A stretch of DNA of 24,000 bases from Candidatus Bathyarchaeota archaeon (GTDB lineage: Archaea; Thermoproteota; Bathyarchaeia; Bathyarchaeales; Bathycorpusculaceae), in the NCBI GenBank assembly GCA_030607735.1, contig JAUWJK010000013.1, positions 1-24,000 on the forward strand, in the 5' to 3' direction. Shown here piece by piece: positions 16,384-24,000 of the stretch (the first letter of the stretch is position 1; each line of letters starts with the position of its first letter). The notes below the pieces were generated by a model. It was given only the letters and a program-made list of their open reading frames with translations. It had not been told where the DNA came from and did no database searches. The translations under genes and the position numbers were made by a program.

Positions 16384-16473
16384 GTATTACGGGTAAAATT
16401 TTGATGGTTACAGTTTTAGGAAATACTTTAATTGTTTACTTTTTTTACTTGTGAAATTGTTTTTTTCATTTAT

Positions 16474-19400
16474 TCACTTTTTAATTAAAAGTTTTTTGAT
16501 TGTTTGCAGAAGTTGATTATTTTTTGCGTAAGTTATTGTCAGATAAGCTATACAAGTTGTTAAAGTTAACAGAGATATTGTTAAACCGTAATTAAACAAT
16601 TTTTGAGGTTCATATTCTAATGTAATTTCTAAAAGACCTGTCTGGTTTATGTAAAAACCATTAACATAACCGTAGGTTGGAATTGAGTTGTAGATCTCAT
16701 TTGAAGTTTGTGCGAGCCAGTTTTGATCATATGGAGCGGCAAAGACTAGCAGAAATGGGGAGGATGCATTAACTTTTACCTGCCAATAAGCGGGGTTTTC
16801 TTGCTTGTATTCAAGTATATCGACCTTTTCCACCCTCGATATAAGGATGTCCTCAAGTGATTTGTCCTGAGGACCAGTATGAACCCATATACTGCGAATG
16901 TGCGCCTCGCTCAACGCTTCAATCTCAAGGTGTTGACTTCCATTGCTTAAGAGAACAGAACCGATTTCAACAAGTTCATATTTGTCCGAGTTTATTGTGA
17001 AGGTTTGGTCAGATATTTTCAGCTGGATGTTTCCCAGCACTTCTGCCGAAATTTTATAGGTACCTTCTTTGAGTACAATTAAATTCTTTTCAGCACTCGT
17101 GTTTGGTTCAAGGATCAGCTCATTTGAATCTTGCTGTGGAGTAATTGATACTTGACCAAACCAACTAGTCGCATTACCATTTGCTTCGTCCAAAACCCAA
17201 CCAGCATTTAAAGCCACCCTCAATTTAGAAATATTCTCGTCCACAGCTAAAACAGCCTCAAAGGATTTCCAATCAAAAGACCCGTCTTGCCCACTTGGTA
17301 CTTGGACAAGCTGAACCCACTCATCTGAAGTAACATTAAACCCTTCAACAACAACATGAGAAGATTTGGCGTTCTCTTGTTTTAAACTAGTCATCACCAA
17401 ATATTTCTCCCCTGTATTGACAGGCACTTCTAAACTCCTTATCCAACTCCAACTCGCTGAATTAATATCAGTAGTTACCCTAAACGAAGTTCCCTGAACT
17501 GCTTCATTTTCAACCACAGCAGAAAAACCAGCAGCCGGATCAGACCAGTACTGTGAACTTATTGGAAGAGTATATTCTGAATCTTTTGGAGATGTTTGTA
17601 GATAGTTGGTTTGCTTCAAACTATTTGGTTCAATTAGATATATTATTGATGATTCTTGTAGCACAGAAGTTGCTTTATTAATTTGATCTTTAGTTATTAA
17701 GAGAATTTCATCAACGTAGTTTTCCCCATCTATATTTGAAAATGTCAATGTGTTTAATTGTGGAGAGACTTCGTCATATAATTTGATCCATTCAAGATTA
17801 AAAGCGGGTGAGAAGGTAGTTATATTTTCTGCTTGTTCATCATTTAGCCTGAATGTCATAATTCCTCCATTTTCCCACTTTAGGGTTTTCACCCATATCT
17901 CCGAAACAGCATTTGTTTCGAATGAAATTTCTAGCTGGCTTTGGGTTTTGGAAAAAGCCCCATTATTAATAGTTGAAGCAAAAAGATAGTTATACCAAAA
18001 CCAGTTCTTGCTATTTATCCACCCGATTTTTGCATCGATTTCTGTTGCGTAATTACCCGGGTCTATTTTTGTACCCGTTATTATTGATGTTAGATCAGAT
18101 CCGTCTTTAACTATAAAGATAGGCGTGTCAGTTTCAAGTGCTGTCAAGTCAGTTAAATAAGCAATGTTTGTTAAGTTCGTAACCTTTGCCAACTGGTTTA
18201 ATGTTGACAGGTCTTTTGTTCCATAGATTATTGTTGTTGGCGAATATACAAAGTTGGCTGGATTTGTATTTTGATATAGACTAAAGTTGGCTGTTTCATT
18301 TTCGAGTTTTAGGTCGTTCTGTATTGCAACAAAGTCTTTTTCTACGTTTGTTTTCCACATTTCAGTAAGTTCAGGATATAAACCCAAAGGCACGTAAAAT
18401 GGATATTGTGTTTCAAAATCATTTCTCGAAATCACATACTCAGTGGCATATGGACTTATCAAATTTCCAAATTGTTGAGTTTTATTTTCGTGTATTGTAG
18501 ATGTTAGAAACATAACTAGCCTGGAAAATGGGTTAGAGGGGTTAATGTGTTGGGGAAATGTTGGTTTTGAAGAATATGAAATTAGTGGATCGACACCAGC
18601 AAGTGTTTTACTATCATATTTTATTGGCGCAAGAGAGGGCAGCCACAAGAGTCGGTATGGGTTTTCATCGTTTTGAAAACTTTGAACAAGACTTTTGTAG
18701 TCTTCGTCAAAAGAGTAAGTTTGCATATATCCAGCAAAGTTCCCAAGTAATAGTGGATAGCCGTTTGAGACAATTATTATCAATATTAAGGCTAAAACAA
18801 AACTCTTGAATTGATTAGATCTTTTACCAATCTTCTTAGTTACTTCATCAAAGAATATGGAAATTAAGATAGTGTATGAAAAAAAAACTAAGAAGGCTAT
18901 ATGCCAGATTTCTCTGAAAATTATTAGAGGAGTATATTGGAAGGCAAGGATGAAAATGTTCTCAAATGGGGGATTTATGCCTTTAGAAAGAAAAATTCCA
19001 AGTATTGCAATTGCGCTAAATCCAATGGTATACTTATTTCTTTTCACCATCAACACAAAGAACGCCATTATAGGCATCAAAAAGTTTGTATAAAACAGCC
19101 ATTGCGGCATTATTCCTTGTGTAACGAGTTGGGTGTAACTATAAGGTTGAGTAGCATATCCGATCACTCGTATGCTTTCAAGCAACGTGGGTGAGGAAAT
19201 TATTTCATGGTAAGCAAGGAAAAATTGCGTAGAGATAGATGCAGAAACCGTTGTTAGCATTAGGGGCAGTATCCATGGCAAATGCATAAGGAACCCAATT
19301 GTTAGTGTTAACATTAGAATAACCGAGTTACTCTTCAATTTTTTAAGATCAAATAATATTAATGGCAATAAAATTAGGAACCCCATAACAAAAAATTGTA

Positions 19401-19998
19401 TTTGCGTTCCCATGATGGCGAATATGAAACCAGCGACTATTGAAAACTTTAAGCGATTTTTTACATCTTTTTGTGCTTTGATAAACGCTACAAGCAATAA
19501 GGGAGCTAAGGAATAGCCGAGTAAATAATAGATGTGCCCTGCTATGGCTCTGGTGAATATTATTGGCGAGAAAAGAAAAATCAAACCTGCTAGTAAGGAT
19601 GAAAGATAGCTTAGTTTTATTGTTCTTCCAAAATAAAACATAGAAAAACCGCTTAATGTGATAAAAAAGAGTAACAATCCCTTTGAGATTATTTCGCCCC
19701 CAAAAAAAGCAAAGGGAACCAATAAAATGCGAAACATCCAATCAGAAGGATAGATTTTGTTTCCTATAGTTAAATCATAAAGCTGCAGGCCATCAAAAGA
19801 ATATTTGGCATTCAATTCAGGAAAAGGACCGACAGGCCAATCATGGTACAAACCTATAGTACCTGAACTAACCATAATGTTTCTAGTGACAAAAAACGCC
19901 ACCAACAAAAATATTAGAAAAAAGAAATAGTTTGATCTAATCCAAGGAAATCTTTCAAATAAAAAAGAAAAGTATTTTTGGATATTAAGAAATTTCAA
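16474..19998 (-). CDS. Large polytopic membrane protein, GT-C-like glycosyltransferase/polymerase candidate, with a roughly 700-aa external domain (including a CBM/galactose-binding-like module) and a C-terminal TM
   Basis: 1174 aa. There are about a dozen TM helices in the first 420 aa or so, with acidic/aromatic loop motifs (GLYHDWPVGPFPE, YPSDWMFR). A long soluble region includes SWSWIRSLEVPVNTGEKYLVMTSLKQ...FDWKSFEAVLAVDENISKLRVALNAGWVLD...SWFGQVSI. Terminal TM: YGLTISLLTLTTCIAYLTITY. The apparent TTG start lies 2 nt after the upstream GT4 stop. No WWDYG-type STT3/AglB motif was seen. Internal ORFs on either strand are shadows. Confidence 0.75.
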   Translation of the reverse strand: MKFLNIQKYFSFLFERFPWIRSNYFFFLIFLLVAFFVTRNIMVSSGTIGLYHDWPVGPFPELNAKYSFDGLQLYDLTIGNKIYPSDWMFRILLVPFAFFGGEIISKGLLLFFITLSGFSMFYFGRTIKLSYLSSLLAGLIFLFSPIIFTRAIAGHIYYLLGYSLAPLLLVAFIKAQKDVKNRLKFSIVAGFIFAIMGTQIQFFVMGFLILLPLILFDLKKLKSNSVILMLTLTIGFLMHLPWILPLMLTTVSASISTQFFLAYHEIISSPTLLESIRVIGYATQPYSYTQLVTQGIMPQWLFYTNFLMPIMAFFVLMVKRNKYTIGFSAIAILGIFLSKGINPPFENIFILAFQYTPLIIFREIWHIAFLVFFSYTILISIFFDEVTKKIGKRSNQFKSFVLALILIIIVSNGYPLLLGNFAGYMQTYSFDEDYKSLVQSFQNDENPYRLLWLPSLAPIKYDSKTLAGVDPLISYSSKPTFPQHINPSNPFSRLVMFLTSTIHENKTQQFGNLISPYATEYVISRNDFETQYPFYVPLGLYPELTEMWKTNVEKDFVAIQNDLKLENETANFSLYQNTNPANFVYSPTTIIYGTKDLSTLNQLAKVTNLTNIAYLTDLTALETDTPIFIVKDGSDLTSIITGTKIDPGNYATEIDAKIGWINSKNWFWYNYLFASTINNGAFSKTQSQLEISFETNAVSEIWVKTLKWENGGIMTFRLNDEQAENITTFSPAFNLEWIKLYDEVSPQLNTLTFSNIDGENYVDEILLITKDQINKATSVLQESSIIYLIEPNSLKQTNYLQTSPKDSEYTLPISSQYWSDPAAGFSAVVENEAVQGTSFRVTTDINSASWSWIRSLEVPVNTGEKYLVMTSLKQENAKSSHVVVEGFNVTSDEWVQLVQVPSGQDGSFDWKSFEAVLAVDENISKLRVALNAGWVLDEANGNATSWFGQVSITPQQDSNELILEPNTSAEKNLIVLKEGTYKISAEVLGNIQLKISDQTFTINSDKYELVEIGSVLLSNGSQHLEIEALSEAHIRSIWVHTGPQDKSLEDILISRVEKVDILEYKQENPAYWQVKVNASSPFLLVFAAPYDQNWLAQTSNEIYNSIPTYGYVNGFYINQTGLLEITLEYEPQKLFNYGLTISLLTLTTCIAYLTITYAKNNQLLQTIKKLLIKK

Positions 19999-20000
19999 TT

Positions 20001-21164
20001 TTAGATTTCACTCTTATTTAATGACAGCATTATATTCAACTCTTTTTCTGCAATATCATGCCAATCATATTTTTTAATGAAAGAAATTCCAAATCGTGAC
20101 AACTTTTCTCTCTGTTGATGATCGTTTAATAGTTTCAGTATTTTTGCGGCAAATACCTTTTTGTTACCTTTGGGGACCCATACTACTTTGTTTTCCCAGA
20201 TTGATTTTATTTCTGGTAAGTCATAACAAAGGACAGGGATTCCTGCTGCCATGGCTTCCCCTATTACAATTCCCCAATTTTCTTCATAACTTGGTAAAGC
20301 GAACAACTTGCTAGAAGCTATTAACAAAAATTTCTGTGAGAAACTATAAACTGGACCTAAAAAATCCACATTTTTTTCAAGGTGATAACTATTGACCAAG
20401 CTTCTGAGTTTAGTCATTATATCTTCTGTCCCAAGTCCGATCATTCCGAGTTTCGCGTCTTTTCTTACGTTAGTTACTTCTTTCCATATTTCGATCATAT
20501 CAAAAACACCTTTTGTACTGTTAAATCTCTTCATGAAAAGAGTATCATATTTCGAAATAGGACCCCGAGATACAACTTCACTTATTTTTTTGAAATCCAC
20601 TCCTGCAAAAACTGGATAAACGTTATTTTTTATCCCAATATTTTCAATTTGTTTAGCAGTATTTTTTGAGACTGCAAGAACTACATCAGCTCTATTTTTG
20701 ATATAATTAAAACCCAACCTTTGATTAGCATAGAAGAACATACTATTTAGTAAATTATTACCTGTTCTATGAAAAGGGGCCACAAAATGAACAACCGCAG
20801 CCCAAATACTATTATTGTTTTTCTTTTTGATTCTTAAAGCTGGAATAACATCATAGATGTGTTCAGAGGTGGAATATATTATTCCCTTAAAATCATGCAA
20901 GGTTTTAGGCAATAACCAAGACTTCAAAAATCTAACGGCGTAATTCTTAAGAGAATGAGAATTGGGGACATGAAAAATATGAAAAACAGATTTGAGACCC
21001 ATTCTTCTGCATAAAGTTACTCCTGCAATTGATGTAAATACATGAATATGATGACCTGCTAATTGCCAATTTTTTGCAAGTTCAATTGCTCTAACATCAC
21101 CTCCGCTTATTCCAGGTGCACCGTTTACAGAACCAATCCCGTTCATAACAAGCAATATATTCAA
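20001..21164 (-). CDS. Glycosyltransferase, GT4 (GT-B fold) family
   Basis: 387 aa. N-terminus NILLVMNGIGSVNGAPGISGGD. C-terminal E-x7-E motif: PSYEENWGIVIGEAMAAGIPV. Apparent TTG start preceded by GGGTG. Confidence 0.9.
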   Translation of the reverse strand: MNILLVMNGIGSVNGAPGISGGDVRAIELAKNWQLAGHHIHVFTSIAGVTLCRRMGLKSVFHIFHVPNSHSLKNYAVRFLKSWLLPKTLHDFKGIIYSTSEHIYDVIPALRIKKKNNNSIWAAVVHFVAPFHRTGNNLLNSMFFYANQRLGFNYIKNRADVVLAVSKNTAKQIENIGIKNNVYPVFAGVDFKKISEVVSRGPISKYDTLFMKRFNSTKGVFDMIEIWKEVTNVRKDAKLGMIGLGTEDIMTKLRSLVNSYHLEKNVDFLGPVYSFSQKFLLIASSKLFALPSYEENWGIVIGEAMAAGIPVLCYDLPEIKSIWENKVVWVPKGNKKVFAAKILKLLNDHQQREKLSRFGISFIKKYDWHDIAEKELNIMLSLNKSEI

Positions 21165-21320
21165 TTATTCAGGCACCCTAGATTTCAATAAGTAGTTTTA
21201 GAATAATAAATAGAAACACATTTTTATAAATAATTTCAAATTTAAAATTGTTAAAATTTTTCATGATTTTATATCTTAATGTAGTTGTTCCTTTCATATC
21301 ATTCGCTAAAAAGTTAATAA

Positions 21321-22139
21321 TCACCTATTAATCTCCGCTATTAGAAAACCTAGTCCAGCAGCAGAATACCTAACTGTTTGATAAACAACAAAACCTATTA
21401 ATAAAATTGGATGTTTCGCAAAATTGGTCAGATTTCTCAATATTGCTGGTCGCAAAGGACTGATTTGTCGTTTTCCCAGATCAGGATTGGCATCAAGAAA
21501 ATTTTTCACCGTTTTGCCATAATAGTAATGTTTAGCAGCGATTTCTGCCAAATTCATTGGCTCACCTATATGGATTTCTTTGGAGGTTAAAAATCCAATC
21601 TTGAAATCATTACTAATTAGCTTGTTTTGCAAATCATAATCTTCAGCCACAACTAAACTTTCATTGAAACCCCCAATTAATTCAAAGACTTTTTTTCTTA
21701 AAAAACGTGCTGCTACATTCAAATTATCATGCTCATAACAATCTCTCTCTATCTTTCTTACTCTAGCCCAGAAACTAATAGTTGGATCAGAAGTATTATG
21801 AATACAAATGGCATCAAAGCCTTCTTTCTCACATTTTCCGACGGCTTCTTCAATAACTTGCGATTCTATAATGAAATCTGATCCAATATAATAGATATAT
21901 TTACCCCTCGCATGCTTGACACCAAAATTTACCTGGCTACTTCGCTCTGGCCCTTTTACCAAGATTAAATCGGCATTCTTGTTCGCTATTTCTTTGGTTT
22001 TGTCAAGTGAATAGTTGTCTATGACGATAATCTCTATATTTGAATAGCTTTGCGCTTTTACGGATTTCAAACATCTCTCCAAGAAACGTTCTGAATTAAA
22101 CGTTGGAACAACTACAGAAACCAGTGGTTTATTAGTCAT
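21321..22139 (-). CDS. Glycosyltransferase, GT2 (GT-A fold) family
   Basis: N-terminus VSVVVPTFNSERFLERCLKSVKAQSYSNIEIIVIDNYSLDKT, the classic GT2 signature. Its ATG overlaps the upstream GT4 stop by 8 nt, suggesting translational coupling. Confidence 0.9.
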   Translation of the reverse strand: MTNKPLVSVVVPTFNSERFLERCLKSVKAQSYSNIEIIVIDNYSLDKTKEIANKNADLILVKGPERSSQVNFGVKHARGKYIYYIGSDFIIESQVIEEAVGKCEKEGFDAICIHNTSDPTISFWARVRKIERDCYEHDNLNVAARFLRKKVFELIGGFNESLVVAEDYDLQNKLISNDFKIGFLTSKEIHIGEPMNLAEIAAKHYYYGKTVKNFLDANPDLGKRQISPLRPAILRNLTNFAKHPILLIGFVVYQTVRYSAAGLGFLIAEINR

Positions 22140-23220
22140 CGGTTGTTCCTTCTAGAATTTTTATAAAATGTTCTGCTGATTTGTCCCAGCTAAATTCTTT
22201 TGCACGTTTAAAAGCATTTTTGCCTAGATCCATTCTTAAATTTTCGTTTTCTAAAACGGATATTAACGCTTTTGCTAACTCACTGATATTTCCATTTTCA
22301 ACTAGGATTCCAGTTTTTCCATCGTGGATACTATCTCTTAATCCTGCCACGTTATAACCTATCGCTGGTGTTCCACATGCTGCTGCTTCCATAATAGTCA
22401 TACCCCAACCCTCAACCATCGATGTACTTACAATTGTCCAAGAAGTTTTCATGAGTTGGATCTTTTCTTTTTCTCCAATTCTACCAGTGAAGACAACATT
22501 TCTTAAACCTATATTTCTACTCTTTTCTTTTACTTGTTCGATATAATCACCGTCTCCAACAATCAGCAGGTCTGCATTGGAGATTTTTGCTTTCACAAGT
22601 TTAAAAGCTGATAAAAGATCAGAAACTCTCTTGTAGTGTTTTATTCTTCCAACCCAAAGTATTGTAGGCTTTTTTGTTTTCTCGATAAATCTAAAAGAGT
22701 TTGAATCAACTCCATTAGGAATCACAACTATTCTACTAAAAGGAATATTGAATTGTTCATTCAAAGCATATTTTGTGGATTCAGAGACCGCTATTAGTCT
22801 TTTATAAAGAAGTGGAACCAACCTTTCACTTAAGGAAGCAAGTGAAGCAAAAAATGGAGATAATTCAAACCTGAGAATATCCCGATGTAAATGATGGATC
22901 TGACAAATCACTGGTTTTTTCGTGAATAAAGGAGACCCCCAAGGAACAGCATGAGCGATATCGTCTATCACAACATCATAATTTCTTTTCAGCCCCAGTG
23001 ATAACAGAGCTCCAAAATGTACTCCAAATCTACCTCCAAATCTCTTTACTTTAATGCCATCTACATAATCGCTTTTTGGACCTCCCCTCCACCTTTCGCA
23101 AACCAACTCAATTGTAAAACCTTTGCTAACCAATCTTTTTCCAATTTGTTGTATACGAACTTCGGCACCTCCAGATTCTGGATTTAAAGGATCTCTATGA
23201 TTTAGCCAGAGTATCCTCAT
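22132..23220 (-). CDS. Glycosyltransferase, GT4 (GT-B fold) family
   Basis: MRILWLNHRDPLNPESGGAEV... with E-x7-E motif STSMVEGWGMTIMEAAACGTPAI. I prefer the ATG at 23220, which is preceded by GGTGGAG, over the ORF-track start at 23271, which would overlap the upstream gene by 35 nt and add a non-GT4-like extension. Confidence 0.9.
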   Translation of the reverse strand: MRILWLNHRDPLNPESGGAEVRIQQIGKRLVSKGFTIELVCERWRGGPKSDYVDGIKVKRFGGRFGVHFGALLSLGLKRNYDVVIDDIAHAVPWGSPLFTKKPVICQIHHLHRDILRFELSPFFASLASLSERLVPLLYKRLIAVSESTKYALNEQFNIPFSRIVVIPNGVDSNSFRFIEKTKKPTILWVGRIKHYKRVSDLLSAFKLVKAKISNADLLIVGDGDYIEQVKEKSRNIGLRNVVFTGRIGEKEKIQLMKTSWTIVSTSMVEGWGMTIMEAAACGTPAIGYNVAGLRDSIHDGKTGILVENGNISELAKALISVLENENLRMDLGKNAFKRAKEFSWDKSAEHFIKILEGTTDD

Positions 23221-23236
23221 ATTACTCCACCAAAAA

Positions 23237-23995
23237 CTATTTCGAACTGCATATGCTTTCTGCAAACGCAATTTTTCTGAATCTACTATGATAAATTCGG
23301 AGTTTTAATAAGGATAGAAACATGGCTAAACTGATGCTTGAGAGATTCTTTGTAATTTTGCTTTCATCGTCTGAGTGATGGTATTCTATGCTTATTTCTT
23401 CAATTGAAAAACCGTGATGCAAACTCGCAAGTATAAGATTTATATCGAACACAAAATCTTTGATGAATAATTCAGTGATAACGGCGCTAACAAGCTTTTT
23501 ACTCAAAGCCTTAGCCCCACATTGAGTATCACGAATACCTTTCATCTCCGGAAAAAGACTTTTCGTGATTAGATTAAAGACTCTACTGAAAAAAATCCTA
23601 CGAACGGGCAAGCTATGACTAAAATTAGAGTTTTTGAAATACCGAGACCCCGTGACAAAGTCACAGGACTTCCTAAGAGCTATGAATTTCTTTAATTCTG
23701 ATGGATCCAAAGCACCGTCAGCATCAGTAAAAAAAAGTGTATCCCCTCTAGAGTGCTTAAACGCCTCAATTAATGCTCCTCCCTTGCCAAGTCGCACTGG
23801 AGATATAATAGGTACCAATTGTTTCCAATCTGTTGAAAGATTGAGCACTAATTGGACTGTTTGGTCACTACAAGCATCCATCATTACCATCACTTCATAA
23901 AAGTCCGGGAAAGATTTTTCTAAATATCGCTTCCAACAAATCAACGTATTTTCGATTCGTGACTCCTCATTAAAAGCAGGTATTATTACTGACAA
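23237..23995 (-). CDS. Glycosyltransferase, GT2 family, dolichyl-phosphate hexose synthase-like; the N-terminus may lie beyond the window edge
   Basis: SVIIPAFNEESRIENTL..., the DAD motif FFTDADGALDP, then RDTQCGAKA. The reading frame stays open to position 24000, so the TTG at 23995 may not be the true start. Confidence 0.85.
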   Translation of the reverse strand: MSVIIPAFNEESRIENTLICWKRYLEKSFPDFYEVMVMMDACSDQTVQLVLNLSTDWKQLVPIISPVRLGKGGALIEAFKHSRGDTLFFTDADGALDPSELKKFIALRKSCDFVTGSRYFKNSNFSHSLPVRRIFFSRVFNLITKSLFPEMKGIRDTQCGAKALSKKLVSAVITELFIKDFVFDINLILASLHHGFSIEEISIEYHHSDDESKITKNLSSISLAMFLSLLKLRIYHSRFRKIAFAESICSSK

Positions 23996-24000
23996 TCCAA

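Noticed and set aside
17750-19741. ORFs inside the 1174-aa gene (17750-17989, 18558-18809, 18857-19093, 18937-19194, 19349-19741).
   Set aside because: They are alternative-frame or antisense products of a continuous 3.5-kb ORF with consistent TM and ectodomain organisation.
16474-19998. Calling the 1174-aa membrane protein the oligosaccharyltransferase AglB/STT3.
   Set aside because: I found no WWDYG-type motif, and the C-terminal TM plus the CBM-like module fit other GT-C-type enzymes better. It is left as GT-C-like with the family undetermined.
1-24000. A search for tRNA, rRNA, CRISPR arrays, transposase or integrase genes, terminal inverted repeats, or known defence-system signatures.
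   Set aside because: I found no cloverleaf-type conserved boxes (GGTTCGAAT-like), no regularly spaced direct repeats, and no recombinase or nuclease motifs in any ORF translation. By eye the window looks like core chromosome plus a surface-glycan locus.

Overview
This is a visibly AT-rich window that looks like archaeal chromosome. Supporting signs are an aRF1/eRF1-family gene, TATA-like and oligo-T signals, many secreted or anchored proteins with Pro/Thr linkers, and a five-gene surface-glycan operon. All calls come from reading the ORF translations and DNA by eye; no database search was possible. I can support about 19 CDSs. They are: a truncated Cys-rich C-terminus at the left edge, two surface proteins, a class-1-type hybrid-cluster protein (Hcp), a stand-alone B12-binding-like domain, ClpB, an anchored transglutaminase-like protein, an aRF1-family protein, a decayed TetR-type HTH remnant, a CBS-domain site-2 protease, a small 4-TM protein, an anchored protein with an internal duplication, a Nudix hydrolase with a co-oriented 73-aa ORF, and a minus-strand operon of GT2-GT4-GT2-GT4 followed by an 1174-aa polytopic GT-C-like protein with a large external domain. 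I recognised no tRNA, rRNA, CRISPR array, transposase or integrase. The most unusual object is the aRF1-family gene (10372-11664). The universal GGQ reads GGS, and the regions corresponding to NIKS and YxCxxxF are also non-canonical, so it may be a non-hydrolysing release-factor paralogue rather than the housekeeping terminator. Secondary items are a B12-domain protein whose DxHxxG His-ligand motif reads DIMTSA, the TetR pseudogene, a GC-rich inverted-repeat island upstream of clpB, a 630-bp intergenic region with competing hairpins over a 24-codon mini-ORF, and the giant GT-C protein, which is not AglB-like. Several well-supported genes appear to start at TTG, so a number of start coordinates are uncertain.
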